Shown here one piece after another: positions 9,811 through 17,361 of a DNA stretch of 64,000 bases. The stretch lies in NCBI GenBank assembly GCA_023898625.1, contig CP060231.1:545890-609889 (forward strand), in the 5' to 3' direction. The DNA is from Candidatus Nomurabacteria bacterium. GTDB lineage: Bacteria; Patescibacteriota; Saccharimonadia; Saccharimonadales; JAGQNJ01. The notes below the pieces were generated by a model. That model was given only the letters and a program-made list of their open reading frames with translations, was not told where the DNA came from and made no database searches. Position 1 is the first letter of the stretch, and each line of letters starts with the position of its first letter. The position numbers and the translations under genes were made by a program.

Positions 9811-10356
9811 CCGTCTTTAGATTAATTCTCTAGTTTATTAACAGGGGCAACCTTAACAAGTCATATCATTACAGTTCATACCCTGCTTTATTTGTCGTAA
9901 GAACCCGCTTCTGACAGAGTCAGAACACCGTTCTTACTTCTTGGATACTGCTTCGTTGCTTTGCTGTGAGGGGTTTCTCTCCGTACTATCTGTACGGTTC
10001 GATCCGCTTCTCGCAAGACGCCTTGCATTATCTTAAGACATAAAAAGCAGGCTAATCTGTTCTATTGGGATAGATCTGAGGGCAGACCATTTAATACTAG
10101 TGGCAAGCGCTAGTAGTAGGTGGTCTGTCCTCGTGGTTGAGATATTGAGGTTATTTGTTGATCTCTATTTCCCAGAAGAGAACAGAATGACTACGAAACA
10201 CTACATATTTTGCTTTTACCGACTTTCTTGGCAAGGGGTAGCATATCAGTAATTAACTATTTGATTATTGTTATGCTGCTCCTTCACCGGGGAGATCAGC
10301 CACGTGCACGGAAGTTCCGTGTCGTGCCTATCCCCTCGTGGGAAAGGAGGTGCCCA

Positions 10357-10752
10357 ATGTTGCGCCGCAGCTTGGGTTTCGTTCTGACCGTCATCTGCGT
10401 GCTTTTCGCCGGCTACCAGCTGGCATGGCACTGGAAGCAGATTGACGAGCTGGGCGGGCTTTCGGGCTTGCTCGGTGCCGTCAGTCTGGTGGCCTTCGGG
10501 TTGCTCGCCGTCTTCTGGCGAGACGCCTGGGGTGCTACGGGTCGTCGGTGGGTGACCGCCTTGGCGCTGGTGAGCTTCCTCTTCGGGGGAGGGTTCATCA
10601 GGAACGCTCTCAGGGAGGCACCTCTCGCGACGCTGGCTTGGGTCGTGGGGATCGCCGTGGTCTTGGGAGTCTTGTACTTCCTGACCGTGGTCGACACCAC
10701 GCCCGCGTGGGTCAACCGTCTTCGGACGCGTTTGGCTCCGTCAACGCCCTGA
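10357..10752 (+). CDS. small integral membrane protein (about 4 TM), high-GC codon usage
   Basis: ATG at 10357 preceded by aaggagg, inside track ORF 10210..10752. MLRRSLGFVLTVICVLFAGY.. with four hydrophobic segments. Confidence 0.6.
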   Translation: MLRRSLGFVLTVICVLFAGYQLAWHWKQIDELGGLSGLLGAVSLVAFGLLAVFWRDAWGATGRRWVTALALVSFLFGGGFIRNALREAPLATLAWVVGIAVVLGVLYFLTVVDTTPAWVNRLRTRLAPSTP

Positions 10753-11014
10753 CCGGTCAAGAACGTACCACAGTGAGTCTGTTGGACTAGCCTGGCAACA
10801 GGTGGCTTGGTAGCCTTAATGAATCCTCTACCCTCCAGTGTCGAGCACTGCATCTCTTCGCACGACTTGGGGAAGTCGCGGTAACCAATCCGACAGTCGG
10901 TTCTGCCGATAGTAAACCCTCTAGTGTACGCGCACTACATCAATGCGTGAGGTACCGGCGCTCAGCCTCGGATCGTCCGAAATGAGCAAATAGTCGCCAC
11001 GAGGAGGTATTCTC

Positions 11015-12154
11015 ATGAAGCGACTGTTGGTTACCCTGGCCGCCCTCCTCCTGGCGGCAACTGTTTTGGCGTCGTGCGGAAGCGCGGATGCCAAGGCTGA
11101 GGAGGTCTCCTGCAACGGCAACGTTGCGGAGAGGCTCTCCAAGACGGAGGCCGAGCTGGCTGACGCGCAGAAGGACGCAACGGAAGCGGAGGGTACGCCC
11201 GCCGAATCCGAAGCGACCGAGCGTGTCGCCCAGCTGGAGGCTCGAGTCGGCGCACTGAGCAAGTGTGGAGGCGAGGCAGCCAGCCCCGCAACCACCGCTC
11301 CGACGTGCCCGAACTCATGGGCCCGTGTCGACTCCGACAAGGCTGGGAACCGCTGGTTCGCTGGGGGAATCCCGGCCATCCAGTCGGCGACCACGCCGGA
11401 GGAGGCACGTGTGGCTGCCAGCGAGTGGATGGTCGGCGTCCGTCAGGACCCGGTCTTGCTTGCTGGCGGGGCGAAGTTCCTGGTTGGCAGAGATGTCAAT
11501 CAGGCAGGGTTGTTCGACGCGTCGGGCTGCGCCACGCAGACCGCCGTCGTCCTCGTTGGCGAGATGGAGGTTGCGCTTGCGCTGTCTCTCATCAAGCCAG
11601 ATGAGGCACCCAGTGATGGGTACAACTCCGGGACTCACGACGGCAACGTGGTGGGTTCTGCTCGTCCGGGGGTTTCGGGAAACCGGAAGGCCATCCTGAT
11701 CGAGACGCCCAAGGGTGTCAAGATCTGGGTTATGGCCCGGTGCGGCAATCCGGTTACCACCGGCAAGCCACCGGTCCCATCAGGACCGACGGATGAGAAT
11801 CCGGCACCGACCCCGCCTCCCAAGAAGCCGTCGCCGACGACGACAGTTCTGACGCCGAAGGACCCGTCGAAGAATATCGACAGGAATCCCGAAGTGCCGG
11901 AGCAGGTCCGCAAGGATCGTCCGTCGCCGGACAACCAATCGCGTATCGACGCGGGTCCGACGACCCCAATCGACTCGCCGAGCGGTTGTAACGGGCCTTG
12001 CCCGACGACAGCCCCCAAGCCGACGGCTCCGCCGAAGGTGACGGTTCCCGAATCCCACGGTGGCAACACCGGGGTGACGGCACCACCAACGTCGGCGCCT
12101 CCGCCGGCACCGCCCGTGACGTCGTCTCCGACGACGCCCGTCACGTCACCGTGA
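11015..12154 (+). CDS. lipoprotein with proline/threonine-rich C-terminal tail, high-GC codon usage
   Basis: gaggagg Shine-Dalgarno then ATG. Signal peptide with lipobox MKRLLVTLAALLLAATVLAS-C. C-terminal third is P/T/S-rich. A CGTCACG/CGTGACG hairpin spans the stop codon. Confidence 0.75.
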   Translation: MKRLLVTLAALLLAATVLASCGSADAKAEEVSCNGNVAERLSKTEAELADAQKDATEAEGTPAESEATERVAQLEARVGALSKCGGEAASPATTAPTCPNSWARVDSDKAGNRWFAGGIPAIQSATTPEEARVAASEWMVGVRQDPVLLAGGAKFLVGRDVNQAGLFDASGCATQTAVVLVGEMEVALALSLIKPDEAPSDGYNSGTHDGNVVGSARPGVSGNRKAILIETPKGVKIWVMARCGNPVTTGKPPVPSGPTDENPAPTPPPKKPSPTTTVLTPKDPSKNIDRNPEVPEQVRKDRPSPDNQSRIDAGPTTPIDSPSGCNGPCPTTAPKPTAPPKVTVPESHGGNTGVTAPPTSAPPPAPPVTSSPTTPVTSP

Positions 12155-12563
12155 CGAGGGATTTCTGAGCTTCGGCTTTGAGGATCAATCCAGTTGAGAT
12201 CCAATCTCGCCTAATACAACGGCGAAATACTGGCGGTTGCTGGTGTGCTGTTGCTTGCCCTCCAGGCAAGTGTACAGACACTGGCAATCAGTGAAATATG
12301 TTTGGGTAACCAAACTTGGTGTTGTGAGCGCTTGTTGCTCCACCAATGTTAGTGTTCGTGATTTCGTAGTCACAAGCAGGGGAACCGATAAGATTCGAGT
12401 TTGATCTTTCTTGATCCTCACTTATCTACCCCTGCTATACCCATGTTTTAGTTTGCAATTAATGTGAATTGTAATGGTTTGACTTTTGCTTCTACTAATT
12501 GGTAGCAGTGATAACCAGGTACATTAACAGACGGTGAAAATCGAATATAGCATAACCATAATG

Positions 12564-12592
12564 TTGACAATACGTAATAGTTGTGGTAATAT
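12564..12592 (+). promoter_or_regulatory. sigma70-like promoter (TTGACA - 17 nt - TGgTAATAT) for the LPXTG protein gene
   Basis: TTGACA at 12564-12569, spacer ending in tgg, TAATAT at 12587-12592, about 140 nt upstream of the 12733 start. Confidence 0.45.
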
Positions 12593-12732
12593 AAGACCGA
12601 CTGGGAGGTGGGTGTCTATTTTATTATAGAACTCCTTGCAGTTTTGGTCTTTAACAGTTTAGAGCGATAAGTTAGCGAACAAGTTTTTACTTGCTTAGTT
12701 ATTGTTTAAGATCTACAAAGTAAGGAGGAGAT

Positions 12733-14298
12733 ATGAAGCGATTTATTCCTCGTATGTCTAAAAAGGTATTAGCTGGAGTTGCAGTTGCCTTGACTACACT
12801 TGGTGTAGTTGGAGCTGTAAAGGCTTGGTACCCTGAACGACCTACGTATACGATTGAGAATCCGGCGCCACACGTGACGTTTAACTCAATCACTAATAAC
12901 CCTGATGAGGGTGATGAACGTGCATTTTTTGAAGTAAAAGACGCTGCTAATACTCAAATGAATGGTTTTAGTGGCAAGGCAGAAGTAGAAGAAGGTCAAG
13001 AGTTGTTGCTACGTGTTTACGTACACAACAACGCAGCTGACAATCTAAATGGAAGTAATTTTGATGGCCCTGGTGTTGCAAAGAATACTAAGGTGCGAAT
13101 TCATCTTCCTACTGACACTGCTCAAGCGTTACGAGCTAACGCTTATATTAGTGCCGATAATGCTCAACCACAAACTGTGGCTGACACAATTGATCTTATG
13201 GGTCAAAATGGTGCTAATTTTAAAGTTGAGTATGTACCTGGCTCAGCTGTACAGTATACCAATGCTGTACCTAAAGGTATAAAACTAAGCGATAGTATTG
13301 TTACGTCTGGTGCGCCAATAGGTTATGGTGCTGCAGATGGTATTGTTCCTGGATGTTTCCAGTATTCTAGCATTGTAACCATTAAGGTTAAGGTTAAGAT
13401 GCCAAGCTATTCAATCCAAAAATCAGCCCGATTAGAAGGTCAAACTTCTGCCGACTGGAAGGAATCTGTAAAAGCAGAGCCTGGCAAGAATACCGAATGG
13501 AGAATTGAATTCAAGAACATCGGCGGTACTGAACTTAAGCAGGTTAAGGTTGTTGACCAAGTTCCTGCAGGTTTAACTGTTGTTCCTGGTAGCGTAAAGC
13601 TTTACAACGGTAATTACCCAAGTGGTTATACCTATCCAGATACAGCAATCCAAAACGGTGGCAAGCAAGTAAACGTCAATATCGGTAACTATAATCCTGG
13701 TATTAATGCATTTGTATTGTTTAAAACTAAGGTTCCAGAACTTAAGGATCTTGAGTGTGGAGTTAATAAGTTTGATAACATTGCATACGCTACCCCAGAA
13801 GGTTATGGTGCTGTAAACGACGGTGCAGACATTACTGTTGATGGTAATGAATGTAAGCCAGAAAACCCTTCATATAGTTGTGATCTAGTTACTCTAGAAC
13901 AACTTGGTGGACGAAAGGTTAAGGCAACTGTTAAGGCTACAGCTATTAACGGTGCAAAAGTAAACAACTATGTTTACGACTTTGGCGACAAATCCGAGAA
14001 ACTAGTTACAGATAAAACTTCTGCTGAACATACATACGCTAATGATGGTAGTTATGTTGTTCGTGTAGCGGTTAATGTAACAGTGAACGGTAAAAATCAG
14101 TTAGTTGAAAGTGACAAGTGTGCGGCTCCAGTCAAGTTTGAATCTGGCAAGCCAGTAACACCAGTTACTCCAACTACGCCTACTACACCAAGCGCACTAC
14201 CTAACACTGGTGCAGGTGATATAGCTGGCATTTTCGTAGCAGTTACTGTTGCGGGTGCAGTGGCACACCGATTGGTGCTTAGCCGTCAAGAAAGCTAG
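12733..14298 (+). CDS. LPXTG-anchored cell-surface protein with PKD-like domain
   Basis: aaggagg SD. N-terminal signal/TM. YVYDFGDKSEKLVTDKTSAEHTYANDGSYVVRVAV is PKD-like. C-terminal sorting signal is LPNTG + hydrophobic segment + RLVLSRQES. Confidence 0.85.
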   Translation: MKRFIPRMSKKVLAGVAVALTTLGVVGAVKAWYPERPTYTIENPAPHVTFNSITNNPDEGDERAFFEVKDAANTQMNGFSGKAEVEEGQELLLRVYVHNNAADNLNGSNFDGPGVAKNTKVRIHLPTDTAQALRANAYISADNAQPQTVADTIDLMGQNGANFKVEYVPGSAVQYTNAVPKGIKLSDSIVTSGAPIGYGAADGIVPGCFQYSSIVTIKVKVKMPSYSIQKSARLEGQTSADWKESVKAEPGKNTEWRIEFKNIGGTELKQVKVVDQVPAGLTVVPGSVKLYNGNYPSGYTYPDTAIQNGGKQVNVNIGNYNPGINAFVLFKTKVPELKDLECGVNKFDNIAYATPEGYGAVNDGADITVDGNECKPENPSYSCDLVTLEQLGGRKVKATVKATAINGAKVNNYVYDFGDKSEKLVTDKTSAEHTYANDGSYVVRVAVNVTVNGKNQLVESDKCAAPVKFESGKPVTPVTPTTPTTPSALPNTGAGDIAGIFVAVTVAGAVAHRLVLSRQES

Positions 14299-14400
14299 CA
14301 GTCATGTTAAAAACTGTGGATAACCACTAGCATAAATGAATAATTTGTGGTAGGGTTAGACATAAGTAGATGCATTGACTGGCCGCTCTAACTCTTAATA

Positions 14401-14436
14401 AAACCCCTAAGGATTTCCAAAGGGGTTTTATTTTTG
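14401..14436 (+). terminator. rho-independent terminator of the LPXTG gene
   Basis: aaacccct / 12-nt loop / aggggttt, followed by tatttttg. Confidence 0.7.
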
Positions 14437-14486
14437 AGCGTAAACTGGTAAAATACATCGGTACAATTTGCGTAAATCAAAGATAC

Positions 14487-14561
14487 GGTCCCATCGTCTA
14501 ATGGTTAGGACATCAGGTTTTCATCCTGGCAATAGGAGTTCGATTCTCCTTGGGATCACCA
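14487..14561 (+). tRNA. tRNA-Glu (anticodon TTC), CCA encoded
   Basis: GGTCCCA acceptor stem pairs with TGGGATC. D-loop AATGGTTA. Anticodon stem TCAGG/CCTGG with loop ttTTCat. T-arm GGAGTTCGATTCTCC. Discriminator A followed by CCA. Confidence 0.9.
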
Positions 14562-16230
14562 TAGGAAAATTATCGCCAAGCAAGGCTTGGAAGACTGGAT
14601 TCACCCCTGTAATATGGGGTGATTTTTGGTTTCGGAAAGCTAAATCATTGTAGGTTGGTAATTTCTTGAATATGACCCCGAAAAGTTGAGCTTTTTTGGT
14701 ATCGTTACTCTGTTGATTGATAACCTGTCCGATGTTTTCGGAAAACTTCTTGACTCTGGTTATAACCTTGTCTATATCCATAGGTTTTTTAGTTTCCATG
14801 TTCATCCTTTCTAGTGCTAGGCGCTTAATCTGTTGATCGATATTCTCTAGCTCTTCATTGACATACTTCTGAGCTGAGGAAGCAATAGTGGTAAAACTTT
14901 TGGTGAGCTCTCTGGCTTGAGCTTCAAGCCGAGTAATCTGTGAATCAGTGGCCGCCGTCTTAGCTTCATAAAGGGCTAGATGTTGCTCATACTTTTCGCG
15001 TACAACCGCAAAGACCTCATCCACTCGTTCTTTAGAAAAGACTAAGTCATTAATGAAATCATAGACCTTAGTCTCAAGATCTTCTTTCGTGACTCTGAAT
15101 TTGTGACCTCGTTTATCACAGTGGTAGTACGAGTAGTATTTGCCTGTTTTGCCCCGTGAGGTGCTGCCCGACAGAGGTTTGTTGCATTGTGGGCACATAA
15201 CATAGTGCTTGAACGCAAAGTCATTGTTGCGCGTGCCTCGTACGGTGGCATTGCGCGGGGCGATGTTATCGTGGATGGCTATTTTGTTTCCAGGGATTTC
15301 AATAATGGTTCGTTTGCCTTTATTGGCACGGTTGAACAGCTCAACTGACACCAGACCATCGAACATACATTTCACTGGCTGGTATTTTGTCCACTTTTCA
15401 ACATTCACGCCTGCATAGATTGGATTGCGTACCATTTTCCAGAGCTTTTTATGGTCAAGCAGGCTACCTTCAGCTTTGCCGACCACACGATTTCGGTTTT
15501 CTTTAGAACGCCGGTACTGTGGTCGGCCACGATAACCCAAGTCATTGAGCTTGCTGGCAATTTCTTTATCTGAGAACTGTCCACTGGCTCTGAGCTCAAA
15601 CAGTTTAACAATAAACCTGGCTTCTTCAGGATGCGGCTTCAATATAGTGCGTTTACCGTGTTGAGTCTCGACTTTTTCTCCCAAAAAGCCGTAAGGTGGT
15701 TTACGCATCCAATATCCCATTTGGGTATAGCGTATCTCAGCACCAATGACGCGACTTAAGATATCTCTAACTTCGTCTTTCGATCGTTCGGCTTCCAGCA
15801 TCTCTGACTTGCGACTGGGTGAGTAGGTGCTCCATTTATAGCTATGGCCGAGATGCTCTAGGGTGTTAACTTTCTCCTGACTAATAACACCGTAGGTATC
15901 AATTAGGGTCACACCGTGGCTATCGAGCTGGGTTTTGAGCGAATCATATAACATGGAGCCACCACGGGTAAAACGGTCAATTGACTTAACAATGAATAAG
16001 TCGATATCGTTTTCCTTATCCTTGCAGTAGTCAACTGCTTCTTGCATAGGCTGTTGTTCTTTGCTGGCCGATTCCATAAAGACAAAGAACTTTTTAATTA
16101 CAATACCTTTGTTTTGGGCAAAGCGTTCGATTTGCTCCTTCTGAGCCTCGGGTGAGTCACCGTCACGACCTTGCTTGGTGGTAGAGACTCGGATAGCGGC
16201 AACAGCGTTTTGGCTACGAGCTGACATCAT
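14521..16230 (-). CDS. large serine recombinase (element 1)
   Basis: Track ORF 14521..16257; the likelier start is the ATG at 16230 after gaggag. Resolvase domain AAIRVSTTKQGRDGDSPEAQ (catalytic Ser) and DRFTRGG. Recombinase/zinc-ribbon part CPQC..YYHC. Coiled-coil C-terminus. The last about 40 codons are antisense to tRNA-Glu and its terminator. Confidence 0.85.
   Translation of the reverse strand: MMSARSQNAVAAIRVSTTKQGRDGDSPEAQKEQIERFAQNKGIVIKKFFVFMESASKEQQPMQEAVDYCKDKENDIDLFIVKSIDRFTRGGSMLYDSLKTQLDSHGVTLIDTYGVISQEKVNTLEHLGHSYKWSTYSPSRKSEMLEAERSKDEVRDILSRVIGAEIRYTQMGYWMRKPPYGFLGEKVETQHGKRTILKPHPEEARFIVKLFELRASGQFSDKEIASKLNDLGYRGRPQYRRSKENRNRVVGKAEGSLLDHKKLWKMVRNPIYAGVNVEKWTKYQPVKCMFDGLVSVELFNRANKGKRTIIEIPGNKIAIHDNIAPRNATVRGTRNNDFAFKHYVMCPQCNKPLSGSTSRGKTGKYYSYYHCDKRGHKFRVTKEDLETKVYDFINDLVFSKERVDEVFAVVREKYEQHLALYEAKTAATDSQITRLEAQARELTKSFTTIASSAQKYVNEELENIDQQIKRLALERMNMETKKPMDIDKVITRVKKFSENIGQVINQQSNDTKKAQLFGVIFKKLPTYNDLAFRNQKSPHITGVNPVFQALLGDNFPMVIPRRIELLLPG
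14601..14633 (+). terminator. rho-independent terminator downstream of tRNA-Glu
   Basis: TCACCCC / tgtaatat / GGGGTGA followed by tttttggttt. It lies antisense inside the recombinase ORF tail. Confidence 0.7.
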
Positions 16231-16327
16231 CCTGACTCTCCTCAAGTACCAGCTCAAGCAAAATATCCGCTAGTAGATTGATCTGCTCGTCTCTTTCTAC
16301 TTGACTAGTCGATATTTCATTCGCCAT
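16214..16327 (-). CDS. small ORF (37 aa) overlapping the recombinase start; candidate regulator/directionality factor
   Basis: MANEISTSQVERDEQINLLADILLELVLEESQDDVSS. Below the track cutoff. A similar small ORF occupies the same position in element 2 (27731..27868). Confidence 0.35.
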   Translation of the reverse strand: MANEISTSQVERDEQINLLADILLELVLEESQDDVSS

Positions 16328-16522
16328 GATACCCTCGTAAACTATTGATTATAGCTATAGTTTACTATAGAATATAGCGTTAGTTCAATAGTATAGCCAC
16401 AGTAATATTTACAATTGTGGATATCTTATCGTTAAGATACCTATATAATCATTTCTAATCAGTTATATTTGTACGTTATTGTTATATAATTACCTATACT
16501 GCGTATAGGAGTAGATAGTACA

Positions 16523-17257
16523 GTGAAAGAGCCAAAATACCGACGACCATTAAACCCTCAGCAAATTACTATTCTTAATACTCTCTATAAGTTTAGATTT
16601 ACTAATATTGCTTTACTTGCACAGAACCAACAAGCCAACCCTAGAGTTATATCAAGCAGACTAAAGATATTAGTAGATCAAGGCTATATCGGTATGAACT
16701 ATGATAGTAGCTATAAGATAGCTAGAAGACCAGCTACATACTATCTAGCTACTAAAGGTGTCCGATTCTTACGAACACAACCATACACAAGCGAATCAGC
16801 TCTTAGAAGCATCTACCACGACAAGCGAGTTGAAGATCATAGAATTAATCACCGACTCAATGTCTTTAAAGCCTATATACAGCTCAAACATAGCTATCCA
16901 GATAGATATAAGTTCTACAGCAAAACTGAGCTTATGGACAAAGATTACGTACCTAAAACTAAGCCAGACGCATACATAGTAGATAAAGAAGCCGACAATT
17001 CCTACTTCCTGGAGTGTCTAGAGGACAATATGACCTACTGGACGCTACGCAAAACCATACGGAAATACATAACTTTCACTGAGATGGAGATATGGAGACA
17101 ATATAAAACCAATCAATCACATCCGGAAGTGCTACTTATATGTGAGTCGGAGAGGCTTGAGAGGACAGTAAAAAAGCTGGTCGAGAAAGAATTAGATCGT
17201 AGCTATGTTGAGCTAGGGGTCAAGGTGGTTGATCCAGACGAAGAATTTCTGGTTTGA
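16523..17257 (+). CDS. replication-relaxation family protein (element 1)
   Basis: GTG start. LNPQQITILNTLYKFRFTNIALLA..LKILVDQGYIG..RRPATYYLATKG matches the N-terminal wHTH pattern of Replic_Relax proteins as recalled. Paralog at 28072. Confidence 0.7.
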   Translation: MKEPKYRRPLNPQQITILNTLYKFRFTNIALLAQNQQANPRVISSRLKILVDQGYIGMNYDSSYKIARRPATYYLATKGVRFLRTQPYTSESALRSIYHDKRVEDHRINHRLNVFKAYIQLKHSYPDRYKFYSKTELMDKDYVPKTKPDAYIVDKEADNSYFLECLEDNMTYWTLRKTIRKYITFTEMEIWRQYKTNQSHPEVLLICESERLERTVKKLVEKELDRSYVELGVKVVDPDEEFLV

Positions 17258-17361
17258 ATTTTAGAGCAACCAATGTACTATATACGTAAGCGTTTCTATA
17301 TTTTATGATCAAACATATGCATACAAATAAACTAACAACAAAGGACACCTAATAAAACATC

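Larger units (their letters stand above)
10275..12180. other. high-GC island (about 1.9 kb) embedded in low-GC DNA
   Basis: Composition switches abruptly near 10275 (..ttgttatgctgctccttc|accggggagatcagccacgtgc) and back near 12180. Codons inside are strongly G/C-ending. The many long ORFs in every frame and strand are typical of high-GC DNA. Confidence 0.8.

Noticed and set aside
9842-9888. CAGGGG(C)AACC ... (T)ACCCTGCT hairpin motif also present at 12377-12437, i.e. on both sides of the high-GC cassette - possible att/direct repeats
   Set aside because: Only about 6-10 nt are shared, the interiors differ in length and sequence, and the distances to the composition boundaries differ (about 400 bp versus about 200 bp). 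This is too weak to call without covariation or comparative data.
9975-10000. Group II intron domain V-like sequence (ccgtactatctgtacggttc), given the RT gene in the window
   Set aside because: Only the GTACGGTTC half resembles domain V. The helix is 6 bp with a 5-nt loop, lacks the bulge and the GAAA-capped extension, and has no GTGYG 5' end or intron-type RT nearby. The RT in the window is a DGR RT.
10246-12204. About ten long ORFs on both strands and in several frames within the high-GC cassette (e.g. 10413..10853, 10921..11394, 11031..11408, 11263..11604, 11265..11699, 11315..11638, 11635..12204, 11754..12110, 11780..12058)
   Set aside because: High-GC DNA is poor in stop codons, so spurious ORFs are expected. 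These ORFs give Arg/Pro/Gly-rich low-complexity translations, lack Shine-Dalgarno sites and overlap the two ORFs that do have SD sites, a signal peptide/lipobox or TM helices.
14468-14653. Plus-strand ORF 14468..14653 (61 aa)
   Set aside because: It is a translation straight through tRNA-Glu and its terminator, so it is not a gene.
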